64,000 bases of DNA from a virus, in the IMG/VR virus record IMGVR_UViG_3300035698_007036, positions 55,537 through 119,536 of that record, one strand, 5' to 3'. Under the pieces are notes generated by a model. The model saw nothing but the letters and a program-made list of their open reading frames with translations. It did no database searches and had not been told where the DNA came from. The translations under genes and the position numbers were made by a program. This document shows, one piece after another, positions 1 through 9,482 of the stretch; the stretch's first letter is position 1; every line of letters begins with the position of its first letter.

Positions 1-1
1 T

Positions 2-1084
2 ATACTTGATAGGATGAAAGAGATTGGGGGTTTAACCGGAGATCCTGAGAGCTACGGTAGAGAAAAATATGGACTTCGTAGAGTAGAGCCTAAGAAAAAG
101 AAATCCTTATTTGATTTATTCGATCAACAATTTGTAGGGGCTCCGACATCTTCTAGAGTTTTTCATGCTGGCGGTATTATGCCGTTTACGGGTAATGCGT
201 TTTTACAGAAAGGCGAGGTAGTAATACCACAATCGTTTGGCGACGGTGGCCCTGTGGCATCTAGTGTTAAAGCTCTAATGTCTAGAGATTCTAATGAGCT
301 TAAAGGCACTGCCACTGTCAAAATAGACGCCTCAGATTTCCAGAGAGCTGTTGATGATCTTACTTCCCATAAAATGGAATTAAGTAGGACTGAGGTTACA
401 GTAAATACAGAAGGAGTCAAAATACCAGTCGATGCGGAAGGCATCACTGTAAAAGTTGATACTACGGATGCTAGGGTAAAGGTTGACACTGAAGGTGCTT
501 TTGTTAAGGTAGACACTACTGGTGCTATGGTAGGGGTTGATACTTCAGGGGAGAAAGTTGGTGTAGACACTACTGGTGCTATGGTAGGGGTTGATACTAC
601 CGGTGTGTTAGTTGGTGTTGATACTACCAATGCTACAATTAAAGTTGACACGACAGGTATTAGTGTCCCAGTAAATACCTCCGGTTCGAAGGTAGCGTTA
701 GATGTTTCTGGTATTCAGGAAGCTGTTGAGACCGCTTTAAGAAACGCTAATGGGTCAAGTTCTGTTGGTGCTGAGGAAGTAGCTAGAGTGGCTGAAGCAC
801 TAGCTGATATCACTAATAGACTAGATTCTAAAATAGCCAATTTAGAAAACGATATGAGTAATGTAACTATGGTAAATATAGATAGGGAAACTTTAAGCCC
901 TGTAGTTTCAGAGATAGTGGGAGCCGAGATTGATCGTGTGAAGATGGATATTGTAGCCAATACTCAAACTATATCATCTTTGGAATCAGACATACTTAGA
1001 CAGTCAAGATACGTTGAGGTAAAGATGAGCCAAAAGGATGACGATATTAACGATCTTAAAAACTGGACAAGGAGCATGGCGTAA
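2..1084 (+). CDS. C-terminal part of probable tape measure protein (5' truncated)
   Basis: Frame is open from the window edge. FHAGG...GEVVIP and FGDGG resemble the C-terminal motifs of tape measure proteins; coiled-coil end; lies directly upstream of hub/baseplate-like genes. Confidence 0.6.
   Translation: MLDRMKEIGGLTGDPESYGREKYGLRRVEPKKKKSLFDLFDQQFVGAPTSSRVFHAGGIMPFTGNAFLQKGEVVIPQSFGDGGPVASSVKALMSRDSNELKGTATVKIDASDFQRAVDDLTSHKMELSRTEVTVNTEGVKIPVDAEGITVKVDTTDARVKVDTEGAFVKVDTTGAMVGVDTSGEKVGVDTTGAMVGVDTTGVLVGVDTTNATIKVDTTGISVPVNTSGSKVALDVSGIQEAVETALRNANGSSSVGAEEVARVAEALADITNRLDSKIANLENDMSNVTMVNIDRETLSPVVSEIVGAEIDRVKMDIVANTQTISSLESDILRQSRYVEVKMSQKDDDINDLKNWTRSMA
395..718 (+). repeat. 12 tandem 27-bp (9-aa) coding repeats, consensus VxVDTTGxx
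   Basis: VTVNTEGVK/IPVDAEGIT/VKVDTTDAR/.../VALDVSGIQ; exact 36-bp direct repeat at 509-544 and 563-598. Confidence 0.92.
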
Positions 1085-3087
1085 TGGCTGAGCAATATAT
1101 ACAAAATAATTTCTGGAACACTTACGGGAGTACCACTAACTTATACACTGTTAGTTGTGAACAAGAAAATACTACAAGCGTAGCAGCAGATGTACTAAAA
1201 TACTACGGTATAGAAGTTAGAAACGATGAGGTAGGTGGTAAATTACCTGATATAGATATACGACATATGAATGCTTTAGACCTAATCAAACTATCGCTCT
1301 TAGAAGCTTCCTGTGATGCTGAGGTTGGGAAGCCTTATGAGATGTTTATGGATTATGAAAACAATCAAGCAGAATTTAGACAAGTAGGATATAACTCTGG
1401 AAATATATTTGATGTTTACTACACTATCCAGACATCTTCCTATAATGAATATTGTAGTGGTGTAATGGTCACAGGAAGGGATCCTTTGCCTAGACGTAAG
1501 ACTGAAGCAGATGGACTAGAATGGAGACCTATATGGGGCACTGATCCTGAACTTAGGCACATATATGATACAACTGATATGGTTAGCAATTGTAACAGAT
1601 ACGAATTTTTTCAACAATGTACTATAGCCTTTAGAGACCCCCATTTAAATACAGCATATGCTGATGGTATTGATAATTTATACGAGACGCAAACTCCGTA
1701 TGAGAAGATACAAGGTTACGTTATACAAAGAAATAGTAGCTCTCTCTATATGACTGCAGATGTCACTATAGTAGACTCTAATAAGACACAGATACCTATT
1801 AAGCTAACCAATGATACTATAACGCCTGATATAGGTACGCTCTTTAAGCCAATTGCAGTTAGTACCGACATGCTTGAGACTGACTGTTGGACAGAGTTGA
1901 CAAGCGTACCATCAGAATTTGAACAAATAGGTGTAAAAGTAGAAATACCTGAAACATTTAGATTTACAACCAAATATGGACAAGTCGTAGATAATTTTGT
2001 TGATATTGTAAAAGTTTACGTTGTTGGTGTAAGATTGACTCAATGCCAGAGTTGGCCTAATGAGGACAAAGCCGGTATAGCTGATCCTTCAGCCAGTAAT
2101 TCAGAGATTTGGATAAGCATGAATGACTTTAAGGCGGAGATATTTGGCATGCAACCAGGGGTAAATTATGTGGTTGGGTATGACCCAAGCCCAAATGCAC
2201 AATTCAAAACACCATATATAGTTTTTGCCGATGCTTCATATGATACTGATAAAGCTATATATGGCACAGGGTGTACGTGTAATATAAGGCCTACTTCACC
2301 GGTAGCCAGCTATACCGATGACTTACTTAATATAAAGAGGACTATACTACCTACTGGAGGCGGCGGAGGGATAATGGTTCACGATGTTTGGGCTATAGTA
2401 GAACTTAACTGTCCATCTATAACTATAACAGATCCGAAGGGACATGCCAAGGATGTAGCTGAAAATCTGGATTATAATTTGTTTCCAGTAATAGTAGTAG
2501 ATGAACCCCCACCAGTAGCTTTTAATGGTACAATAATAGACCAAACTGTGGGTATAAAAGACAATGATCCTACTAAATCGCAGAATTTCACAGATACTCC
2601 TTATGAATTAGCTATGGACCAGATGGCTAAAGGTGGAGGTTTACAACTACATCTTTCTTTTTTAGAGGCTGAAGAGTGTAGGAAACTGTCGGTGTCTTTA
2701 CATACTTATATGAATAGAGGAAATAATATAGAAACGGTATCTATCTGTGGGCCCAATTGTGAGCCTGTATTAGGTGGCTACGGTGCCCACGGTATAGTAA
2801 ATAATATACAATATCAGTATAGTGATAGAGGGTCTTACACCATATCTGTTACGGAAGGTCCAGGTTTAATAGGGGATTTTGGAAGCTCTTCTACAGGTGT
2901 TAATTTAAAAGATGTAGAAAGCAAATCTTCACAAGCTACAGTTATAGATGATTTAGGTAACGGCGTGTATTTTAAAGTAAGGGTGGACGGCTTCGGTGAT
3001 TTTGTAGCCTTCAATATGTCACAAGATGTAATAAGGGTTGGTGATGTTGTACAAGTTACTATTCATAATATACCAATAGAGGATTAA
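1084..3087 (+). CDS. Hypothetical virion protein, possibly baseplate hub-like (667 aa)
   Basis: Long ORF coupled to the previous gene (TAATG); beta-rich; short OB-like C-terminus; position after the tape measure-like gene. Confidence 0.55.
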   Translation: MAEQYIQNNFWNTYGSTTNLYTVSCEQENTTSVAADVLKYYGIEVRNDEVGGKLPDIDIRHMNALDLIKLSLLEASCDAEVGKPYEMFMDYENNQAEFRQVGYNSGNIFDVYYTIQTSSYNEYCSGVMVTGRDPLPRRKTEADGLEWRPIWGTDPELRHIYDTTDMVSNCNRYEFFQQCTIAFRDPHLNTAYADGIDNLYETQTPYEKIQGYVIQRNSSSLYMTADVTIVDSNKTQIPIKLTNDTITPDIGTLFKPIAVSTDMLETDCWTELTSVPSEFEQIGVKVEIPETFRFTTKYGQVVDNFVDIVKVYVVGVRLTQCQSWPNEDKAGIADPSASNSEIWISMNDFKAEIFGMQPGVNYVVGYDPSPNAQFKTPYIVFADASYDTDKAIYGTGCTCNIRPTSPVASYTDDLLNIKRTILPTGGGGGIMVHDVWAIVELNCPSITITDPKGHAKDVAENLDYNLFPVIVVDEPPPVAFNGTIIDQTVGIKDNDPTKSQNFTDTPYELAMDQMAKGGGLQLHLSFLEAEECRKLSVSLHTYMNRGNNIETVSICGPNCEPVLGGYGAHGIVNNIQYQYSDRGSYTISVTEGPGLIGDFGSSSTGVNLKDVESKSSQATVIDDLGNGVYFKVRVDGFGDFVAFNMSQDVIRVGDVVQVTIHNIPIED

Positions 3088-3098
3088 AGGAGCAGAGT

Positions 3099-3689
3099 AT
3101 GGCTATAGAAAGAGTAAAAATAAGGGCTAGAATAACTATAGGAAGTTTAGTAGTCGAGACTCCTTACATACAATCTTTCAATGTGAACGTCGCTAGAGGT
3201 CAGATATCTACTTTTTCAGCACAACTAAAAGTACTGGCAGCAGAAATAGTTGATAAAATAACAGGTTCTGGTATAATCATACAGGCTGGTGAAAATTCAC
3301 CAAGTAAAACAATTTTTTCTGGTGTAGTAAAGAGGGCGAAGATAACCCCAGTTTTTGACGATCCCTCTTTTATTTTAATGAGTCTGGATGGTCAAGACGT
3401 TTTAAGTTATCTTTCAGGTAAGAAATATACCAGGCGTTGCAGAGCAACTGCCGCAACATGGGTCAGTTTAGATAATGTTTTAAGACCTGGGCTTAGAACT
3501 GGTAAATTTAGAGCTCAGGGGTCTATGTCAACTACTATAGTTCCTGTAGATGGTCTTATGAATAATCAAAATCCGGTGACAACTACCCCCTCAACTATTC
3601 TTGACAGGGCTGCCTCCAACATGTCAACAACGGGAGATGTGATGACGATGTCTCAAATTGTTACTATTTTAAATTACGATCCTGACTAA
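3099..3689 (+). CDS. Hypothetical, baseplate hub/late-control D-like beta-barrel domain
   Basis: AAGGAG RBS; pattern IQSFNV...STFSAQL...IFSGVV...LDGQDVLSYL resembles N-terminal hub domains. Confidence 0.45.
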   Translation: MAIERVKIRARITIGSLVVETPYIQSFNVNVARGQISTFSAQLKVLAAEIVDKITGSGIIIQAGENSPSKTIFSGVVKRAKITPVFDDPSFILMSLDGQDVLSYLSGKKYTRRCRATAATWVSLDNVLRPGLRTGKFRAQGSMSTTIVPVDGLMNNQNPVTTTPSTILDRAASNMSTTGDVMTMSQIVTILNYDPD

Positions 3690-3705
3690 GCTAAAAGGAG
3701 ACAAT

Positions 3706-4092
3706 ATGGCAGAACAATCAAGCACAACAGCTGTACACTTACTAGCTGGTATGAAAGCCGAAATGAGTATACCAAGACTGGCCGCTAATCCCAAAGCACC
3801 TTTTGCGGCCCAGGGCGAATATATGACTGAACATGGAACTAAAATAACTTTACAAAATGGATTTTATGTAGAGGATACTTCAGTAGGTGAAATAACTTCT
3901 GTATCATCAGACAAAATTGCCATAACTTATTGGCACAAGAAAGCCGAAAAAAACACAGTGTGGTTCATAGCAGCCAATAGATTACAAAAAGCTCGTTTTG
4001 ATGTCATAGCAGTATCAATCCACGACCATTCAAATATTGTACAAGGTGGTCCTGCTTATGGTACTTATTTTAGTGATAGTGAGGAGGACTAA
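3706..4092 (+). CDS. Hypothetical virion protein
   Basis: AAGGAG RBS; C-terminal HDHS...GGPAYG motif; structural context. Confidence 0.6.
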   Translation: MAEQSSTTAVHLLAGMKAEMSIPRLAANPKAPFAAQGEYMTEHGTKITLQNGFYVEDTSVGEITSVSSDKIAITYWHKKAEKNTVWFIAANRLQKARFDVIAVSIHDHSNIVQGGPAYGTYFSDSEED

Positions 4093-4095
4093 AAG

Positions 4096-4680
4096 ATGGC
4101 TAATGAGTGCTGTCAGATTGTTAGCGATCTAGATCTTGGTTTAGAGGCATGTATAATTTCTATAAATGTCAGTAGTAATACTGAAACATTTTGGTTATGT
4201 AACGAGGTCAAACTTGGCCCTACTATAGGCACTGTATCTATATCAGCCTATGCTAACAGTAGAGTGTACGTGGGATGTCCCAGTAAAGCTGGCGTTTCTG
4301 TAAATTGGATGAGGCGTTATGATTGTGATGATAACGTTGTACACTTTTTGAATAATGGTCAGGGACAGTCTTATATATCAGGAGAAACTGCAGGATTGGT
4401 TGAGATAATTAATACTACTGGCCGAACATATCCTGTAATCAGTGCCAGTGCTTCGTCGGGACCGGCTTCAACTTATATGAAGACTGACAGGGAGGATGGT
4501 TTTGGGTTAACGTACTCTGGAGACCCTTGGAATTTTGATACATCCGATTTGGAAACCATTGTAATAGATAATTTCGGAGTGGCGGCTGGAAATATGTATT
4601 TACAGAATTTTGATCTAACCCTAACCCCAGGAACTTTACCAGTGGCAAATTTCTCATTTATGTTTTTTATTGACGATTAA
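4096..4680 (+). CDS. Hypothetical virion protein (beta-rich, tail tube-like)
   Basis: GAGGAGG upstream; alternating beta-strand pattern; context. Confidence 0.5.
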   Translation: MANECCQIVSDLDLGLEACIISINVSSNTETFWLCNEVKLGPTIGTVSISAYANSRVYVGCPSKAGVSVNWMRRYDCDDNVVHFLNNGQGQSYISGETAGLVEIINTTGRTYPVISASASSGPASTYMKTDREDGFGLTYSGDPWNFDTSDLETIVIDNFGVAAGNMYLQNFDLTLTPGTLPVANFSFMFFIDD

Positions 4681-4692
4681 GGGGGATGTACT

Positions 4693-4980
4693 ATGGCAGA
4701 TGAAATGCAACCGGGAGTACAATATAAACTAAGAGCTGGTTCTCCCATGCCCACAACTGGTGGAAAGTTTGTATGGCATACATTTAAAGTTGAAAAATTT
4801 TTAGTAGAGAATTATATTTGTACTGAAGATCTACCAGGAAGCGACGATTTTAGAGGTCAGGGTGGGGATTACATTTCGGCCAGTTTTTCTAGAGTAGGGG
4901 TGAGAGGTGGCACAGTTTTTCAGGGTAAGAAAACCAAAAGCCCTACATTTATTGAAGAAGATGATCCAGAAATGGGTTAA
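4693..4980 (+). CDS. Hypothetical protein
   Basis: AAGGGGG RBS; fits the operon packing. Confidence 0.65.
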   Translation: MADEMQPGVQYKLRAGSPMPTTGGKFVWHTFKVEKFLVENYICTEDLPGSDDFRGQGGDYISASFSRVGVRGGTVFQGKKTKSPTFIEEDDPEMG

Positions 4981-4995
4981 TAAAGGGAGTGTGTT

Positions 4996-5250
4996 ATGGC
5001 AGATAGTCCGGTGGATTTCATAGAATGTACGTCGTTAAACATATCTTATGATGTTATGGGTATAGCCACGTTAAGTTTTACTGTTGTTCATAATTATTAT
5101 TCTGCTAGCATGCTATCAAGTTATAAAGAGATAGGACCTGTTGGTGGTCAGACATTCAGTGGTTATATAACTGATGCTTATATGAGTGCTATATTAAAAA
5201 CTGACGGTTGGTATGAGACTCAAGTAACTCTTATAACTACAACTAATTAA
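4996..5250 (+). CDS. Hypothetical small beta-barrel protein (hub-domain-like)
   Basis: AAGGGAG RBS; SLNISYD...ATLSFTV...FSGYIT...YETQVTL pattern similar to ORF 3099. Confidence 0.55.
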   Translation: MADSPVDFIECTSLNISYDVMGIATLSFTVVHNYYSASMLSSYKEIGPVGGQTFSGYITDAYMSAILKTDGWYETQVTLITTTN

Positions 5251-5262
5251 GGAGAAACTGAT

Positions 5263-5463
5263 ATGGCATGTGGCGGGTGTGCGAGAAGACAAGCAGCAAA
5301 AAGTGCTAACGCAGCTAACCCAGTTATGGGTGGATATAGATATCTTACCGATGTTCAAATAAGAGCAAGACTTGAGGCTTATAAAAAAAGATACTGTAAT
5401 GAATGTAGTAAAAGATACGAATGTGACTATTCTTCGTACATAACATGTAAGAATATCACTTAA
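5263..5463 (+). CDS. Small Cys-rich protein
   Basis: AAGGAG RBS; MACGGC N-terminus and CxxCx4Cx7C. Confidence 0.65.
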   Translation: MACGGCARRQAAKSANAANPVMGGYRYLTDVQIRARLEAYKKRYCNECSKRYECDYSSYITCKNIT

Positions 5464-5503
5464 TAATGTAACTTATATAGATATAGAAAAGGAGGAAGTT
5501 GTT

Positions 5504-6172
5504 ATGGCCATTATTATAGGATTTGCCACCCAGGTAGGGGGAGATTTTGTTGGGGCCTGTGCGACATCGGTAAGTTGGGGTTACAGCCCTAATGTACAGA
5601 GACTTTATTGTCTAGGACCACCGGCTCAGGCAGCGTACAGTATTGAAAAACCAACAGAAAATTTAACTATAGCGATTTACCAAGAAACTGGTGGACCTTC
5701 TACCCATGATGTCTCTGCCAGTGAATCTTGTGACGATCTTATTACCATTTCGGCAGCAGTTGATCCAGGCTCTTGCGTTGGGTCAGTAGATGGAGTTTCA
5801 GGCGTGTGGTATTTAACTAGTTATGGTTATTCTAAAGGTGACCCACTTCTACCAGGTACGGAAACCTGGACCATGACAAGATGGGTTGACGGGGCAGACC
5901 CAATTTTGTCCCCTGCTCCAACACACTTTATTAGGAATGCTGCGGAAGCACAGGCGTCTGTAGAGACGGGAACCATTTGCGGTGTAAATTGGGATAGTAA
6001 TTATGCTATTCTGGAGGGTCGAACTGGAAGTGTTTCAGCCGGGTCACTTGGCCAGTCTAATTCCACTTATTATGGCGTAGCAACATCAGTAGGCGGAGCA
6101 GCTGCTCCAGCTGGGGATACATATAACGGCAGTGCCAGTTGTCCTGTTACCCCATTATGGACTGGTGTTTAA
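5504..6172 (+). CDS. Hypothetical virion protein (tail tube-like)
   Basis: AAGGAGG RBS; SVSWGYSPNVQRLYCLG resembles tail-tube beta-hairpin loops; Gly/Ala/Ser-rich. Confidence 0.45.
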   Translation: MAIIIGFATQVGGDFVGACATSVSWGYSPNVQRLYCLGPPAQAAYSIEKPTENLTIAIYQETGGPSTHDVSASESCDDLITISAAVDPGSCVGSVDGVSGVWYLTSYGYSKGDPLLPGTETWTMTRWVDGADPILSPAPTHFIRNAAEAQASVETGTICGVNWDSNYAILEGRTGSVSAGSLGQSNSTYYGVATSVGGAAAPAGDTYNGSASCPVTPLWTGV

Positions 6173-6190
6173 TTAGAAAGGATTAAAGGC

Positions 6191-6625
6191 ATGGATAGTT
6201 TTAGCATATCAGAAATATACACTTTGGAATTAAGATGGAAAGACGTGTTATATGAGACGGACAATATATGTAAATTTGTAGGTGCTTATTTTGCTGGTCC
6301 TGCCCTAAGTAACGCTGAAAAGATAGGCTGCAATGATAGTATTAGGTTGGATTTTTTTAAACAGTATACTATTGTTATAAGAAATGCATATGTAGCAAGA
6401 TTTTCTTGGTCTGAGGTAGTTTACGCTGTGGATGGCACTGTTGCCCTTAAGGATGCCAAAATGGAACATGACAAGTTGAACAAGGTACCTAAGCTGACGG
6501 CCCCGGATTACATAGTAATAGACACACATGACCATGAGTCTGATATCCACGTTTATAATTTAAATTACACATCTTATGTTGTAAATGAGAATCATATCAT
6601 GTACAATTTCATTAAGGGGAGATAG
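6191..6625 (+). CDS. Hypothetical protein
   Basis: ORF with RBS, in operon. Confidence 0.65.
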   Translation: MDSFSISEIYTLELRWKDVLYETDNICKFVGAYFAGPALSNAEKIGCNDSIRLDFFKQYTIVIRNAYVARFSWSEVVYAVDGTVALKDAKMEHDKLNKVPKLTAPDYIVIDTHDHESDIHVYNLNYTSYVVNENHIMYNFIKGR

Positions 6626-6627
6626 GG

Positions 6628-6969
6628 ATGGCACCAAGAGGACGAAATAGATTTTGTGGTAGAGATGATTTTTGGGAGCATGTCTATGGTACTACAGCGT
6701 CTGGTAATCTACCAGATTGGAAGAAAGATGACCATGAGGGACATTGTTGGGCACAGTGTCCGTATTCTACCCAAAGCAGTACATTAAGAACAAGGCTTTT
6801 GTTAGAGTTAGGAGACTCTGATCCTTTACCAACTAAAGTAGATCATACCGATAGTGGCAAAGTCCATTATATGAGAACACAAAGTAAAGGAAGTGCGTGG
6901 GGATTTGAATGTACATATGACAATTGCCCTTACTATTTGTCTAATGGGCGAAGATACTTTTATGTTTAG
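6628..6969 (+). CDS. Hypothetical Cys/His-containing protein
   Basis: AAGGGGAG RBS; HCWAQCP and CTYDNCP; contains TTASG. Confidence 0.65.
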   Translation: MAPRGRNRFCGRDDFWEHVYGTTASGNLPDWKKDDHEGHCWAQCPYSTQSSTLRTRLLLELGDSDPLPTKVDHTDSGKVHYMRTQSKGSAWGFECTYDNCPYYLSNGRRYFYV

Positions 6970-6980
6970 GAGGAAATAAA

Positions 6981-7952
6981 ATGGCGTTAAACGTTGACAC
7001 ACAAGATCTTACGAATTATCCTGGAACTGTTAAGAGGGTTTCTATCGACACAAGTTCCATCGTGCCCGCCGGTTATGAGGGGGACGAGAAAATCGTTATG
7101 ACAGGATCAACTACGGCTTACAGTGACAACACAGCAAGAACTGCTATTCAGTCTCTTTATATAACTGATTTTAAAACAGGTTGGTTAAAGAGTTCTGGTT
7201 TTGCTGGCTCTGGCGGAAAATTCGATTTGGATTTAACTCATTACAGTTTTATGTTGAAGTTCGACAGTACCGCAAGTGGTACTGATAGCTTAGGTTACTA
7301 TCAAGTGGATTTAGATTATGGTACAACGCCCATCTCAGGCGAAGCTATTGCGGCTGATATGGAAACAAAAATTAGGGCCTTGACAATGGCAACTGCAGAT
7401 ACTGGGTTCTCATTGGCTTACAAGAATGCTTCTGTAGAATTTATGAACAGTAAGTTTTATATAATTTCTGGAAGTATTGGTGAGTACTATACTGGTTCTA
7501 ATAGGACATCTGTTAGAGTTAAAGCCGCGAACACTAACGACTGTACATCAGAACTAGGATTTGACATGAATATGAACAGTGAACTAATGGCGGCTGTTTC
7601 TGTTAAAGAGGCTGCTCTAGGTGCTAATTATACATTAGGTACTACACCGCTTACTATAGGTGCTGGTACTGGTGTGGCGGCAGGTGATGCTATGATGATC
7701 ACTGACGGTACCAGTACTGATTATTTTACCGCTCTTACTGGAACAACCGATACATCGGTTGTAGTAGCAGTCAGTGCAACCAATGATTTTGACGGTATAG
7801 CCAGTAGCTATGCCACTGTTTCTGGGACTAAAGTACAGCTTCTTAGAGAGCAGGATCCGGACTCTGGGCCTACATCGTGGTATACAGATATGGATTCCAT
7901 CGCTCGTTGGGCTATTAAAACAATGATAAATCAGATTGATTATAGCTCTTAA
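6981..7952 (+). CDS. Hypothetical virion structural protein
   Basis: AGGAGG RBS; Thr/Ser/Gly/Ala-rich; shares a module ending ELGF with ORFs 14426 and 22215. Confidence 0.7.
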   Translation: MALNVDTQDLTNYPGTVKRVSIDTSSIVPAGYEGDEKIVMTGSTTAYSDNTARTAIQSLYITDFKTGWLKSSGFAGSGGKFDLDLTHYSFMLKFDSTASGTDSLGYYQVDLDYGTTPISGEAIAADMETKIRALTMATADTGFSLAYKNASVEFMNSKFYIISGSIGEYYTGSNRTSVRVKAANTNDCTSELGFDMNMNSELMAAVSVKEAALGANYTLGTTPLTIGAGTGVAAGDAMMITDGTSTDYFTALTGTTDTSVVVAVSATNDFDGIASSYATVSGTKVQLLREQDPDSGPTSWYTDMDSIARWAIKTMINQIDYSS

Positions 7953-7962
7953 GGAGAATTAA

Positions 7963-8457
7963 ATGGCTGAGTTTTTTATACGTAATAGTCTTAATCCTAG
8001 TAAAGTTGTTCTTTGCGGTATAACATACCGACAGGTTACACCTAAAGGTAACGACGGCGAAGCTATATGGGTTGTAGAAATAGCTACAAATGAACTGGAT
8101 ATCAATGACGATACTATAGCTTCGGAGTATCTTAATTTAGTAGACCTGTCCTACCTTGAAGATGAGATAACTGAAGCGGTGGTAAGGATTTCTACCAAGG
8201 TAGATTGGTCACCTCTAATAACAGATACTAGAGCTCCGTATGTTGAATCAGTTTTTCCTGCTGAGTATGAAGTTCCATTAGAAACTTCTATAGAGGTGGT
8301 AATAAGGGAGATATTACCAGCGGCTGGTATAGATATTGATTCCATAACTATGAGTGTAGCCGACTTTGATGTGTCAAACGAATTGGAAATAACTGGAGAT
8401 CCTTATGATTACAAAGTAAAATGGTCACCATTCATAAGGGTACAGGACGAATATTAA
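7963..8457 (+). CDS. Virion protein with C-terminal Ig-like domain
   Basis: APYVESVFP...IEVVIRE...GIDIDSITMSV matches the C-terminal Ig-like repeats of ORF 10715 (FPYLEGLNP...GVDIDTLEMTV). Confidence 0.65.
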   Translation: MAEFFIRNSLNPSKVVLCGITYRQVTPKGNDGEAIWVVEIATNELDINDDTIASEYLNLVDLSYLEDEITEAVVRISTKVDWSPLITDTRAPYVESVFPAEYEVPLETSIEVVIREILPAAGIDIDSITMSVADFDVSNELEITGDPYDYKVKWSPFIRVQDEY

Positions 8458-8467
8458 GGAGAGTATT

Positions 8468-8884
8468 ATGATTAAGGCCAAAGAGTTTTGGAAATTTTTA
8501 TGTGAGGGCATGGATTATAGGATATTTTCCGGCGTGCCTTGTTTAGGTTTTGCAACCCTCTACGACTGTATGAGTTCAAAGTTTATGCACTATATTCCAG
8601 CTGTAGATGAGCACTCTGCGTTTGGGATATCTTTAGGTGCTGCCGTAGCAGGCGTTAGAACTGGTGTTTTAGTTGACTGTAATTATCTTGATTTGACTGA
8701 GGATTGGATGAAATTCTGCTTCGAGCATAAAAAGCACGTAGTCATACTAACTAATGGGGAGCCTAAGAATAACGTTTCCAAGTTGGTTTTTGACGGTGAC
8801 TACACTAAACTAGAAAAGTATTTATCGACTAAACGTAAAGGAGAGAAGCCAGCAATAATTGTATTAGAAGGGGTTAGCAAATGA
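8468..8884 (+). CDS. Degenerate phosphonopyruvate/sulfopyruvate decarboxylase alpha (PYR-domain)-like protein
   Basis: FSGVPC...HYIPAVDEHSAFGISLGAAVAG matches the Ppd/ComD N-terminus (FTGVPCS...ANEGEAVAIAAGAYLAG); the MQNSGLGN motif is absent. Confidence 0.7.
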   Translation: MIKAKEFWKFLCEGMDYRIFSGVPCLGFATLYDCMSSKFMHYIPAVDEHSAFGISLGAAVAGVRTGVLVDCNYLDLTEDWMKFCFEHKKHVVILTNGEPKNNVSKLVFDGDYTKLEKYLSTKRKGEKPAIIVLEGVSK

Positions 8885-9471
8885 AAAGGCAACCTGTAAT
8901 TAAAAAATGGTTAAAACTTTTGAAGGAAAATGATGCTGTAATAGTTTCAGGCGAAGGTCTTTCAAAGATAGTTTTTGGATTAGACGATCAAAGAGTTTTT
9001 TATTTTGATAAACTTGGAAGGGCCATACCGTTCAGTATAGGTCTTGCGATGGCAATAAATAAAAGAGTATTTGTCATATGTGAAGATATCGAGTTAATGA
9101 GGAACTTTAGTCTAATGGCCCAAGCAGCATCCAGTAGGTGTGTAAATCTTATTTTTGTGTTTGTGGGCTGTGGCACGCACCAGGATTCTGGTGGACAGCC
9201 TAATGTACTAAGCAATATAAAGGCACCCAAAGGGGTTCTGTTTAATATGGGCATAACGGTTTATGATTTTACTCCACATTTTAATGACAAGTATAATAGA
9301 ACGTTGCCTGATGTTTTTGAAAGACTACGAGGACCATCAGTTGCTTTGGTAGACGTAGATCCAGGAGTGACTAATATTACAAAAGTAGACATAGACAAAA
9401 TAAAAGTCGTAGCTAGATTCTCAGAATTTGTTCAGGATTTAGAGCTTGGAACTTCTCTGTTTTTACCTTAA
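8881..9471 (+). CDS. Degenerate phosphonopyruvate/sulfopyruvate decarboxylase beta (PP-domain)-like protein
   Basis: MKR...FY...LGRAIPFSIGLAMA...VFVICEDIELMRN...NLIFVFVGCGTHQDSGGQP aligns with ComE/Ppd; the GDG and DN ThDP/Mg motif residues are substituted; ATGA overlap with the alpha gene. Confidence 0.7.
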   Translation: MKRQPVIKKWLKLLKENDAVIVSGEGLSKIVFGLDDQRVFYFDKLGRAIPFSIGLAMAINKRVFVICEDIELMRNFSLMAQAASSRCVNLIFVFVGCGTHQDSGGQPNVLSNIKAPKGVLFNMGITVYDFTPHFNDKYNRTLPDVFERLRGPSVALVDVDPGVTNITKVDIDKIKVVARFSEFVQDLELGTSLFLP

Positions 9472-9482
9472 GGAGGGTATAG

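Noticed and set aside
509-598. 36-bp exact direct repeat as a CRISPR repeat
   Set aside because: Only two copies, in-frame within a 27-bp coding repeat, and the spacer is only 18 bp
163-651. Minus-strand 162-aa ORF with VVSTPT repeats, and the other minus-strand ORFs in the track
   Set aside because: Antisense shadows of well-supported plus-strand genes; no recognisable motifs
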